Assembly: GCA_016930515.1 (NCBI GenBank)
Contig: JAFGGO010000009.1
Location: 1 to 24,397, forward strand
DNA: 24,397 nucleotides
DNA from: Promethearchaeota archaeon
Lineage (GTDB): Archaea; Asgardarchaeota; Lokiarchaeia; Sigyniarchaeales; SOKP01
Reading direction: 5' to 3'
Part shown: positions 1-8,891 of the stretch, piece by piece
Position numbering within the stretch: position 1 is the stretch's first letter
How the letters are laid out: the number at the start of each line of letters is the position of its first letter
Notes under the pieces: model-generated
The model's database searches: none
What the model was told of the DNA's origin: nothing
Seen by the model: the letters and a program-made list of their open reading frames with translations, nothing else
Translations under genes and position numbers: made by a program

Positions 1-264
1 AGGCTTGGGAATTTGCACGCCCCATGCGTCCTCCACGGCTTTCGTGGGGGTAATGTGGTGGGGGATCGGGCAAATACCACAGATTCTTGGGGTGATCCTG
101 GGCACGTGCTCCATGTACCTGCCTTCGACGAACTTTTCGAAAAACCTCGTTGAGGTGATGTTAAATTGCACGTCCTGAACCTTGCCGTCGTCTCCTAACT
201 TTATGTGTAAGCCGCCGTGTCCTTCTAATCGAGTAACTGGTTCTACTTCAATTTCTTTTACCAT
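1..264 (-). CDS. mvhA: [NiFe]-hydrogenase large subunit, group 3c (MvhA/VhuA), N-terminal part; truncated by the window edge
   Basis: Not in the ORF track; translated by hand from ATG at 264: MVKEIEVEPVTRLEGHG...RFFEKFVEGR...PRICGICPIPH. Contains the PVTRxEGH and L1 RxCGxCxxxH Ni-binding motifs. GGAGG SD lies upstream, and it follows mvhG directly. Confidence 0.93.
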   Translation of the reverse strand, partial: MVKEIEVEPVTRLEGHGGLHIKLGDDGKVQDVQFNITSTRFFEKFVEGRYMEHVPRITPRICGICPIPHHITPTKAVEDAWGVQIPKP

Positions 265-266
265 GA

Positions 267-1652
267 TTATTTATCCTCCTTTAAATCGTTTCTTTTATAT
301 CCTAATGTGCTCGCAGCCAAGGTAAACCTGTTAAATAATCCCGCAGGATCCTTGATAAAATCGAGCACTTCTTGGGGGTCCTTATCTGCACATAACGAAC
401 CGAGCGTACTAATAAATTTAGCTCCCTGTTCTTTAACTCCTACAGGAGGACCATAACATCCCAAGCATGGTGCGTTTGCCTTATTTGGACAGATTGTTCC
501 ACAACCCGCGTGGGTAACTGGTCCTAAACAGATATATCCTTGTTCTAAGAAACATTTATCCATTGTTGGTAACCCCTCGTAATCGCGTTTCAGATCTCCT
601 GGAACTTTATCAGCAACATCTCGTTCGCAATGACTGCAAACAGTTTTGGAACTATATTTGAAGTTTGGATCGTCTTTTAATAAGTATAAGGCTTCTCCTG
701 CGATATCGTCAATAATCTGCACTCCCGTGGGCGCAACATCAAGCATAATATGTCCTCCTACTTCCTTTTCAGTCAGGCTTTCGGGTTCATACGCCATCCT
801 TTGGAGTAGATCGCCGCGGAAATAAAAGTTTCCTATATTAGCAACGCCCAAGTATAAGTCAAGAAAATGTTGAATACTTTTTCCCATTTCAGGAGTTAAC
901 GAATTAATTCCATCAAGGATTGTTTTAAGTTGGGTTGCTTTCGCACCAGGTTTGGTTGTAGCCTTATAACATCCTATACATGGTTCACCTTTGTTGGGAC
1001 ACATTTCTTCGCAACCAGCAGCCGTTATGGAACCATAACATAGTATATCGGAGTCTAACAGGCAACCTTTCTTCGCTAGACTACACGAATCGCAAACGCT
1101 CTTGTTTTTATTCAAAGACGCGGGACCTTCACCGACAACTGTTAGTAAATAAGATACTGCTGCAAGAATATTTTCTGTTGTGGGTGGACAACCGGGTAAG
1201 AATACATCAACATCGATAATGTCTTTAATGAGTACGATGTGGTCTTCAACTTCGGGAACATTTATTGTAGGTACACCACCTCCAGAAGATATGCTTTCTA
1301 CTTCCGTGAACTTTCTTTTTAGTAGATCTTCCTTGCTAGATAAGTTAGCTAAACCAAGAACGCTCCCATGGCAGGCACAAGCTCCAAATGCAACGATAAC
1401 AGCGCATTTCTTTCTCATGAGCTCGACGTTTGCCTTATCTTGAGACGTTCTTACCGCTCCTTCCAAGAATCCAACGACTATTTCGCCGTCTTTCCTGGCT
1501 TTTAACGAGTTCAACTTGAAGTCAACAACCGCTGGCCAATAGACGATTTCAAGTTCGGGAAGAACGTTTAACAATCCGAGGTGAGCGTTCAAGAGAGATT
1601 GATGACATCCCCAGCAAGAAGACAATTGCATGAAAGCTACTTTAATTGGCAT
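267..1652 (-). CDS. mvhG: [NiFe]-hydrogenase small subunit (MvhG/VhuG), extended with a duplicated C-terminal Fe-S module
   Basis: Proximal-cluster motifs SSCWGC, EGAV, GACACHG and PGCPP. Two copies of VCxxC...CxL....CxGxxTxAGC...CP.....CxGCY. Adjacent to mvhA. Confidence 0.9.
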   Translation of the reverse strand: MPIKVAFMQLSSCWGCHQSLLNAHLGLLNVLPELEIVYWPAVVDFKLNSLKARKDGEIVVGFLEGAVRTSQDKANVELMRKKCAVIVAFGACACHGSVLGLANLSSKEDLLKRKFTEVESISSGGGVPTINVPEVEDHIVLIKDIIDVDVFLPGCPPTTENILAAVSYLLTVVGEGPASLNKNKSVCDSCSLAKKGCLLDSDILCYGSITAAGCEEMCPNKGEPCIGCYKATTKPGAKATQLKTILDGINSLTPEMGKSIQHFLDLYLGVANIGNFYFRGDLLQRMAYEPESLTEKEVGGHIMLDVAPTGVQIIDDIAGEALYLLKDDPNFKYSSKTVCSHCERDVADKVPGDLKRDYEGLPTMDKCFLEQGYICLGPVTHAGCGTICPNKANAPCLGCYGPPVGVKEQGAKFISTLGSLCADKDPQEVLDFIKDPAGLFNRFTLAASTLGYKRNDLKEDK

Positions 1653-1884
1653 CTTGTTTTTTCACTTGTTAGATTGTTTTAGAATTTTAACTATAGATAG
1701 TAATATGTGTGTAAATGTGAAATTTAATAAAAAATTAATCAAAAAATATTCGAATCTTGAAAGTAAGATTTACGAAATCTCTACTTTCAATGCAATTTTT
1801 AATAAAATCTATTTAGAGAAAACGATCAATAATGCTTTTTTTCTCCTTAGAAAAATCAAAATTAATTGAATTGAAAATTAATGT

Positions 1885-2526
1885 TTACGATACAAATCTT
1901 TTACCCATTTCAAAAGCTTTTTTGCAATCTTGGGGAAATATTTCTTCCCTACTTTTCTCCTTTTTATCTATGTTGAATCGTTCCTGCACTACTTTTGAAT
2001 AATCTTCAAACTGATAGGTATCGTAGCTCATTAGCGATTCGGAGGATCCGAAAGTGAATTTTAACAAATATTCGTTAACGAGGCAATTTCGAGCAATTCC
2101 CGTGGTTTTTGTCTCTTCTTCGGTTTGATTCATGGTAAAAATAAACCCCGTTTTAATCTTCCTCGGAAATAATGTCTTGTATGGATTGGCATACATGTTA
2201 TATGGGAACATCAATCGCTCCATGAATGATTTCATTTCTCCAGTTACGGTTCCGTAATAAATCGGAGATCCAAGAACCAAGGCGTCTACTGTTTCGATTT
2301 CGTTTAGAATTGGCGTTAATTCGTCCTTAAAACCACATTTTCCATAATTTTTTCCACCCTTGATTTTGCAACTAAAACAGCTGGTACATCCTTTGTAATT
2401 CAAGTCGTAGAGGTGAACGAGTTTGGTCTCCGCTCCTCGAGAATTTGCTCCTTCTGCAACCTTTTTTAATAGCGTGGCCGTGTTTCCGTTTTTTCTCGCA
2501 CTTCCATTAACGAGCAATACTTTCAT
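1885..2526 (-). CDS. Iron-sulfur flavoprotein / NADPH-dependent FMN reductase (flavodoxin-like, Isf family)
   Basis: NGSARKNGNT FMN phosphate loop, CTSCFSC...C cluster motif, LGSPIYYG and KSFMERL. Confidence 0.88.
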   Translation of the reverse strand: MKVLLVNGSARKNGNTATLLKKVAEGANSRGAETKLVHLYDLNYKGCTSCFSCKIKGGKNYGKCGFKDELTPILNEIETVDALVLGSPIYYGTVTGEMKSFMERLMFPYNMYANPYKTLFPRKIKTGFIFTMNQTEEETKTTGIARNCLVNEYLLKFTFGSSESLMSYDTYQFEDYSKVVQERFNIDKKEKSREEIFPQDCKKAFEMGKRFVS

Positions 2527-2548
2527 TTTACAACCATTGATTAATATA

Positions 2549-2621
2549 TTTGATTTGTTAATAATTATCGTACGTTAATATTCTTAATTTTAACGATATT
2601 CTGGTTGGATAACAAATCAAA
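2549..2621. repeat. Imperfect inverted repeat in the divergent isf/DUF169 intergenic region
   Basis: Perfect 12-bp arms TTTGATTTGTTA (2549-2560) and TAACAAATCAAA (2610-2621), with inner CGTTAA/TTAACG (2573-2578/2590-2595). Confidence 0.55.
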
Positions 2622-2669
2622 GAAACAAAAATAAATAGAATTTTTAACTAGTTTTTCTTATGATAGCAA

Positions 2670-3449
2670 ATGAACATGTTAACTATTAGAAATATCGCTT
2701 TAAAGCTAAAAGAAGCTGGTAGGTTAAGCTGTTCTCCATTATGCGTTTATGGTTCCGAAATCGTTCCAAAAAAAGCCGTTTCGATTAATAAAATAAATAG
2801 TTGCATCGCCAATGCTATTTTTTCGCTCTCGTTAAACGATAATATAGAATCACTTTTTATAGGTGCAGGTGCACTAGAAGGATGTTGTCCTGGTGGTCGA
2901 GCTTGGTTTGGATACGATTCTTTCCTTCCTCAATTAAAGTACTTTCTATCTACTGGAAATAAGGATTTTAGGGGAGGTGCATGCGAATTCTTACTCGCAA
3001 GTCCAGACATCGCCGAACGCAAATTAAAAGCCGCTAAAAAAATAAAACCAATTGGAAAATTTACGGTAATTCAAAAGGCGGCCCTCTTTGAGGAAAATGA
3101 TATTGATGTAAAACTCATCTTATGTTTTGGGAATTCGGAGCAAGTGAGAAACCTCTGTTCTTTGGCATATTTCCGCCCCGAAGAGAATTTATCAATCTCC
3201 ATTCCTTGGGGTCCATCTTGTGCGTCTTTTGTGACTTATCCCGCTGGCTTGGATAAGAGACTTAAAGACAACAGGATTATAGTAGGACCAACAGATCCCA
3301 CGGGAAATTATTGGTTTCCTCAAAATTACTTGTCTATTGGCATCCCATTTGAGATTGCCAAGCGAATGACAGAAGATTTAAATGCTTCTTTCATCTCAAA
3401 ACGCCCAAAAATTGCATATCCAGATAAGAGGTTATCATATAATAATTAA
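2670..3449 (+). CDS. DUF169-like uncharacterised protein
   Basis: 259-aa ORF with CPGGxxWxG, W/FGPxCAS..TYP and VGPTDPT motifs recalled from DUF169-type proteins. Start may be the second ATG (2676). Confidence 0.65.
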   Translation: MNMLTIRNIALKLKEAGRLSCSPLCVYGSEIVPKKAVSINKINSCIANAIFSLSLNDNIESLFIGAGALEGCCPGGRAWFGYDSFLPQLKYFLSTGNKDFRGGACEFLLASPDIAERKLKAAKKIKPIGKFTVIQKAALFEENDIDVKLILCFGNSEQVRNLCSLAYFRPEENLSISIPWGPSCASFVTYPAGLDKRLKDNRIIVGPTDPTGNYWFPQNYLSIGIPFEIAKRMTEDLNASFISKRPKIAYPDKRLSYNN

Positions 3450-3490
3450 AACTAATAATTTTTGAAAATCTTAATTTTATTATCTTTAAT

Positions 3491-4300
3491 TTATAATAAT
3501 ATTCTATTTGGATGGGCATAAATATTCATTCTGGCACCCCTTACAAACCCAATCAATGTGATACCATGTGAAAACGCCAAACGAATACCTGATTCTATGG
3601 CGGTCGATACTGAGGCCAAAATCGGAAATCCCGCTCTCACGGCTTTTAAGACGGAATCTCCCGTCAATCGTCCCGTTGATGTTAATACGAATTTAGTAAA
3701 ATTATCCTCCTTGATTAACATTTCCCCTATTACTTTATCTATGGCGTTATGCCTTCCAATATCTTCCTTACAGGCGAGCATGTTTCCTTTAAGGTCGAAC
3801 ACTGCTGCCCCGTGACACCCTCCCGTCTCTCGAAATATTACAGTATTTTGTTGCATTTTTTTAATAATGGTGTATATAAAATCGGGTTTTATCTTGATCT
3901 CGTTTCCTGTCGAAAAGTGAGCATCTCTTTTGTCGAGAACTTCTTTTATGAGGTTTCTCCAGGGGGAAGAAATTCCACAAGTAGTATCGATAACCCTGCT
4001 CACAGGATTGATCTCCAAGGCCTTAGGATTTAGCTCCAATTTATCGTCTAATTCTACCATTATCTTGTTTTCAAGTTCCTCAATGGTAATAGTTTTCAAA
4101 TCCTCTTTTTTTTGTATTAATCCAATGGAATACAAAAAACCAATCGCAAGATCTTTCAAATCATTCGGTAAGCAAATGATATTCGCAAGTGGCTTGGAAT
4201 TCACGATGATATCCATAGGAGATTCCACCAAGACGATGTCTTGCTCCTCGCTAGCCTGATCTTTTTTAATTTTTGTGATTTTTACGAGACGCTTATACAT
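3491..4300 (-). CDS. fdhD: Formate dehydrogenase accessory sulfurtransferase FdhD
   Basis: ExP...P.DL..LA.GFL, TTCG, FRETGGCHGAA, EDIGRHNAIDKVIG, TGRL and GITLIGFVR. Confidence 0.93.
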   Translation of the reverse strand: MYKRLVKITKIKKDQASEEQDIVLVESPMDIIVNSKPLANIICLPNDLKDLAIGFLYSIGLIQKKEDLKTITIEELENKIMVELDDKLELNPKALEINPVSRVIDTTCGISSPWRNLIKEVLDKRDAHFSTGNEIKIKPDFIYTIIKKMQQNTVIFRETGGCHGAAVFDLKGNMLACKEDIGRHNAIDKVIGEMLIKEDNFTKFVLTSTGRLTGDSVLKAVRAGFPILASVSTAIESGIRLAFSHGITLIGFVRGARMNIYAHPNRILL

Positions 4301-4543
4301 GGGAAGAATTACTCGTTAAAAACAAATTTCTTATAACACAAAATAATAGTTCATAAAAAAAGGTTTTTCGGATTATTTGTTTCACATTAATTCGTAAAAT
4401 TAAACATATCTTTTCTTTTCGATTGATTTAGAGGTTTTGAGGTTGAATATTGGCGCGATTGTTTGAAAATTTTATATTGCACCTTTTTTTTTGACATTCT
4501 TATTTAAAAAACAAATTATCGTTATGATTTCTCCCTATAGCAT

Positions 4544-4610
4544 ATCTTCCACCAAAGCCCATGACGAACTTGATGCCATATTCTTTGATGTAATTTTGGG
4601 TGGTTAAGAT
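4544..4610 (+). other. GC-richer imperfect hairpin in an AT-rich spacer (candidate structured RNA element)
   Basis: ATCTT-CCACC-AAAG pairs with TTTT(G)GGTGG-(TT)-AAGAT and encloses ATGAC...TGATG. Confidence 0.3.
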
Positions 4611-4825
4611 GTTTCTGTCTTTGCTATATTTTATGAAACATTCCTTCTAATCATAATAAACTATATTTTTAAATTAAATAAAAGAGGACGAATTTAATTT
4701 TAGACAACAAAAATTGGAAATTCAAAAATAATAATAGGATTAATCACTTTGAAATTTGAAAGTGTATTTCTTGTTTGTATTAATTAATTAAAATTAAAAA
4801 AAGAAAATAATAAGCTAATTTGTAT

Positions 4826-5677
4826 TTAAGCGGCAATATAAATCCTGCCATTTGAGCTATTGGAAGGCTTGCCAGTTTGCTTGTCCATTTTGGAATGGTT
4901 CTTTTCGACGGAATGGTCTCCACTATATTCAATGAACTTACCTTTGATTTTATCGCCGTTCATAAGTTCGATTTCGTTGACTTCTCCAATTTTCTTGTAC
5001 GAAGGAAGCATCTTTAAGACCTTACCCTTTACGATGATAGTACCACGTACTTGATCTGCTCCCGTGCAACGAATGCAATCACCCTCTACGATGATGGTAC
5101 CTCCGTGTCCGTGAACCCCCAAGAAATTGCCCGCTCCACCGCAAATCAAGGTTGGAAATCTCTTTGCAGGTTTGGAACCGTTTACCCAAGACATTGATTC
5201 GTGTCCTACTTTACCTTTTACCTTGATAACTCCATTTTTCATGCCCTTCCAATGACCCCTGTATGCGGCTCCAACATAATTGCCTGCGTCTCCCGTGATC
5301 TCTAGTTCTCCCCCTTCCATCATGGCTCCTGCCCAATCGTCTGCGTTTCCGTTGACTAATATTTTTCCACCAGACATTTGACTTCCCAAGTGCATTCCTA
5401 CATTTCCGTTCACGACGATTTCTCCACCCATCATTTTTTCGCCAATTCGCTTGACATTTGAGAGGTCGCCATCAATGATTATTCTCGTTCCATTCAAGTC
5501 TCCTCCTTTACCTGTGACGCTAAAGTAATCTCCAATAGTCGCTTTTTGGTTACCGTAATAAACGGTTAACTTTTTTATTTCATCGGTAGATTTACCTGCA
5601 AAATTATCAGGCGTGATGGTATCGGCTTCGAGTGGAAACTCGAGCTTTTTAGTAAGTTTTAATTTAATATCTGTCAT
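4826..5677 (-). CDS. fwdC: Formylmethanofuran dehydrogenase subunit C
   Basis: PLEADTITPD, repeated G..M.GG.I.V.G beta-helix (GXGXG) motifs, GAAYRG.W.GM..G and LPSY. Confidence 0.95.
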   Translation of the reverse strand: MTDIKLKLTKKLEFPLEADTITPDNFAGKSTDEIKKLTVYYGNQKATIGDYFSVTGKGGDLNGTRIIIDGDLSNVKRIGEKMMGGEIVVNGNVGMHLGSQMSGGKILVNGNADDWAGAMMEGGELEITGDAGNYVGAAYRGHWKGMKNGVIKVKGKVGHESMSWVNGSKPAKRFPTLICGGAGNFLGVHGHGGTIIVEGDCIRCTGADQVRGTIIVKGKVLKMLPSYKKIGEVNEIELMNGDKIKGKFIEYSGDHSVEKNHSKMDKQTGKPSNSSNGRIYIAA

Positions 5678-5678
5678 G

Positions 5679-7001
5679 TTACTCCCCTTTTTTCTCCTTG
5701 ACTTTTTTTATGATTCTTTTCAAGATCTCCACATCAGTTAAACATTCGCCCGGAGCATCCTTAACCTTTCGTAATCTTAGAGGAACATGGTCCATTCGAT
5801 ATGCGGTACCTTCACATTCGATCCCCGCAATTGCAGGAGGCAAGATCACGTCCGCAAAAGCAGATGTTGGCGTTTCGTGAGGTTCAACCGAAATTAAAGG
5901 ATGTTTAAATAGGTTTCGCACGGACGCTGCTGGAAAATTACTTGCAGGGTCTGATGCAACGATTAAAGATGCATCAATCTCGTTCCGAACGAGAACATCG
6001 CACGACGAAAACTCTCCAGGATTGTATCTAGGGTATCCTTTTGAAAAATCTATTGAAAAAGGATATCCTGTAGACCATGAAAAGACAGTATTTGCACCCG
6101 TTACGTTGTAATGTCCTCGCATTGCTGTGATCAAGAATTTGGTATGGTCGTTGAGTTCTCGAGTAAGACAGATGGCTGAATCGATATTTCGATGGTGTGC
6201 TTCGGATTGTGTAAGCCCCATGCCGAAAAATATGACGCCAAAAGTGCAGGATTTTAATTTTTCTGCTATTTCGAGGATCTGGGTTGTTGGTACACCCCCA
6301 ACTTCCTCGACATCAAGTTCGGTACCTCGTACAACTGCTCTTATGGCGTTTAATAGCTCGTAATCTTCATCGGGTCTTACTTGGAGGTGAACGTCAGCTA
6401 TTTGAGCAGTATGCGTGTTTCTTGGATCTATGACAATAACATAACGATCCCTCCTCCCGTCTTTCTTGAAATAACCACGAATGAATTCGCTATATCTTCC
6501 AAGATGTCTTGGATGAGCGTGTACGGGATTACATCCCCAGAAAACGACCAAATCAGCTCGATTCTTGTATTCTCCTAAGGTGGAAGAGGGTACTCCAACA
6601 TCCTGAACTGCTAAAAGCGTTGGACCGTGACAGACGGAAGCTGTGTTATCTAAAATTCCCCCGAGAATTTCTGCGAGTTCTACGCCTTTTCCTTGGGCAT
6701 CAGCTTCAGTGCTTGAAAATCCATATAATAGGGGTCTCTTTGCATTGACTAAAATATCTGCTGCTTTATCGATTGCCTCGTCCCAAGACACTTCCTTGTG
6801 AGAATCGCCCTCTTTTATTAAGGGTTTTTCGTACCTATGTGAACTTGGATTTGACGAAAAGAATTTTTTCACGCCTATTTGACAACCATTTCTTACCTCA
6901 ATAACTTTATTATCTTGTACATCAACTTCCAAATCATCGCATAAAGTTCCACAAAACGGACATACCACATCAGTACAAGTTATACAATTTTTTGATGCCA
7001 T
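5679..7001 (-). CDS. fwdB: Formylmethanofuran dehydrogenase subunit B (Mo/W-bis-pterin catalytic subunit, Cys-ligated)
   Basis: CPFCGTLCDD...C [4Fe-4S] motif, ASVCHGP metal ligand, WGCNP.HAHPRH, RGHYNV.G and GTAYRMD.VP. Confidence 0.96.
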   Translation of the reverse strand: MASKNCITCTDVVCPFCGTLCDDLEVDVQDNKVIEVRNGCQIGVKKFFSSNPSSHRYEKPLIKEGDSHKEVSWDEAIDKAADILVNAKRPLLYGFSSTEADAQGKGVELAEILGGILDNTASVCHGPTLLAVQDVGVPSSTLGEYKNRADLVVFWGCNPVHAHPRHLGRYSEFIRGYFKKDGRRDRYVIVIDPRNTHTAQIADVHLQVRPDEDYELLNAIRAVVRGTELDVEEVGGVPTTQILEIAEKLKSCTFGVIFFGMGLTQSEAHHRNIDSAICLTRELNDHTKFLITAMRGHYNVTGANTVFSWSTGYPFSIDFSKGYPRYNPGEFSSCDVLVRNEIDASLIVASDPASNFPAASVRNLFKHPLISVEPHETPTSAFADVILPPAIAGIECEGTAYRMDHVPLRLRKVKDAPGECLTDVEILKRIIKKVKEKKGE

Positions 7002-7003
7002 TT

Positions 7004-7399
7004 TTAAGCCTCCATTAATAATCTCATTAAATCTAAAGCGTTCAATACTTTTCCATTCTGAATTACTTCTACTCTTGCTTTCATGCCTTTGAAGGTTGGT
7101 GTACCGCAGGATAACGAATCTGGATTGACAACTTGATTTGCCCAGGGGCCCATTGGAATGAATATCGTACCTGGGTGAGGGCCTTCATCAGATACAACCG
7201 AATAAACCACAACTTCACCAAAATCAGTAATTACCTTTACGGGAGTACCCGGAATGCAATCAAGTTTTTTAAAATCGTCTTTATCAAACATACAAATTCC
7301 GCATGCTCTTACATTTTCCTTGGATGTTTTACTACCTTCGAGAGCCACTCCTTGTTGGATAGTTCTTCCGGTAAGTAGCGTAAGATTATCTATACTCAT
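7004..7399 (-). CDS. fwdD: Formylmethanofuran dehydrogenase subunit D
   Basis: LLTGRTIQQG, IFIPMGPWAN and GTPTFKG (molybdopterin dinucleotide-binding domain). Confidence 0.95.
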   Translation of the reverse strand: MSIDNLTLLTGRTIQQGVALEGSKTSKENVRACGICMFDKDDFKKLDCIPGTPVKVITDFGEVVVYSVVSDEGPHPGTIFIPMGPWANQVVNPDSLSCGTPTFKGMKARVEVIQNGKVLNALDLMRLLMEA

Positions 7400-7408
7400 T
7401 TTTTTAAA

Positions 7409-8119
7409 TCACTCCCTCTTCAATCCTCTCATGGTTTTTAATCTTACAACGAGATCGGGCCAGAAAGGTTCGTTAAACTTTCCCGAACTTTTTACTTCTT
7501 TAATATTTAGTTTGACGGCACCAGTAGGACACGCGTTATCGCATGTTCCGCAAAAAATACACTTCTCTTCGTCTACAACAACGTTGGATGTTTTTTCCCA
7601 TCCTTTTTTAGATTTAGGTGGAATAGATATTGCGGAACTTGGACAGACATCGTAGCAGGTGTCACATCCTCCAGCACACTCATCGTCGACGATCTTTATA
7701 TTACCACTGGTATATTGCTTTACGACTCTTTCAATACCGTCTTTATTTTTAATCTTTTTCGCTTCGAACTCAAGTTTGGGTAACACACCTTGCTTTACGA
7801 GCGGAATATCTTCGAGCTTAAGGACTTCGTTATTTATTTTTAAGCTTAGCGCAGAAAACGGACACATTACAACACACGTACCGCAAAACACGCATTTATT
7901 TGGGTCGTATACTTCCGTGACCAATCCATCATTCGTCTTTATTCGAATAGAAGCGCCAACGGGGCCTCTATTTACTGCCTCTTTAGGACAGACGCGACTG
8001 CAGGTGCCGCATCCCACGCACTTGGTTTTATCGTGAATTAATTCTTGCGATTGCGTGAGAAACTGGATCTTCACGGATTCTTGGTTGTTTTTTATCGTTC
8101 TATTTATTTTAGGAAACAT
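7409..8119 (-). CDS. fwdF: FwdF/FmdF-like polyferredoxin, short form with 4 [4Fe-4S] motifs (copy 2)
   Basis: CVGCGTCSRVCP, CVFCGTCVVMCP, CAGGCDTCYDVCP and CIFCGTCDNACP. MFPKI start, located within the fwd operon. Confidence 0.75.
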   Translation of the reverse strand: MFPKINRTIKNNQESVKIQFLTQSQELIHDKTKCVGCGTCSRVCPKEAVNRGPVGASIRIKTNDGLVTEVYDPNKCVFCGTCVVMCPFSALSLKINNEVLKLEDIPLVKQGVLPKLEFEAKKIKNKDGIERVVKQYTSGNIKIVDDECAGGCDTCYDVCPSSAISIPPKSKKGWEKTSNVVVDEEKCIFCGTCDNACPTGAVKLNIKEVKSSGKFNEPFWPDLVVRLKTMRGLKRE

Positions 8120-8160
8120 TTCTCATAACCTCTTGGTTTTCTAATAAAAAATTATGTATA

Positions 8161-8874
8161 TTATTGTCTCTCGTTTAATTTAAGTCTCGATTCGATGCGA
8201 TCCCAAAAAGGACTATTATATTCTCCCGAATATTTCACTTCGGAGATGGTCAAGGACAACGCTCCAGTTGGACAAGCAGAATGACACGCAGCACACGCAA
8301 CGCACTTGTCATTATTAATCGTTAAAACGATTTCCGAGTCCCAATCGATTTCCTTTTGCTCGCACGACCACGTAATAGCGCCAAAATGACAAGAATCTGC
8401 ACAATTTTTACATCCACCAGCACACAAACTAGTATCAATTGTTACATATCCTTCCATATATTTCTTTACATCTTTGCCCTCGGTAGTTTTAACCATAGTA
8501 TATTCTATTTTTGGAAGAGCATTTTGCTTTATAAGCGAAAGGTCTTCCATTTTTACGGGTTCACCGTTAATAACTAAAGTTAATGCATTGGCCGGGCATA
8601 AATAAGTGCACACGCCACAGTACGAGCATTTTTCGGGATCGTGAACATTAGGTATGAGATGATGTCTCACTTTCTTGATGATCTGTTTTGAGGAAAATCG
8701 AATTGGTTTGTCCAATTGTTTTTTAGTAATTGCTTCTTTAGGACAAGCTCTAGCGCATAAATTACATCCAATACAAAGTTCCTTGTCAAGCACGAGCTGT
8801 AATTTTTCCTTAAGAAATTCGACATTTACCGTTTCCAAATTATTATTTTTCACTCTTGATATTTTAGGGAACAT
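8161..8874 (-). CDS. fwdF: FwdF/FmdF-like polyferredoxin, short form with 4 [4Fe-4S] motifs (copy 1)
   Basis: CIGCNLCARACP, CSYCGVCTYLCP, CAGGCKNCADSCH and CVACAACHSACP. Full-length paralogue of 7409..8119. Confidence 0.75.
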   Translation of the reverse strand: MFPKISRVKNNNLETVNVEFLKEKLQLVLDKELCIGCNLCARACPKEAITKKQLDKPIRFSSKQIIKKVRHHLIPNVHDPEKCSYCGVCTYLCPANALTLVINGEPVKMEDLSLIKQNALPKIEYTMVKTTEGKDVKKYMEGYVTIDTSLCAGGCKNCADSCHFGAITWSCEQKEIDWDSEIVLTINNDKCVACAACHSACPTGALSLTISEVKYSGEYNSPFWDRIESRLKLNERQ

Positions 8875-8891
8875 TTCTTTTTGCCTCCATG

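Noticed and set aside
1630-1869. 79-aa + strand ORF upstream of mvhG
   Set aside because: AT-rich, Ile/Lys/Asn/Phe-biased, overlaps the mvhG start and probable promoter; likely spurious.
4500-4650. Minus-strand open frame (…NYIKEYGIKFVMGFGGRY…) as an fwdA remnant
   Set aside because: No suitable start codon, no recognisable FwdA or amidohydrolase motif, and under 50 codons.
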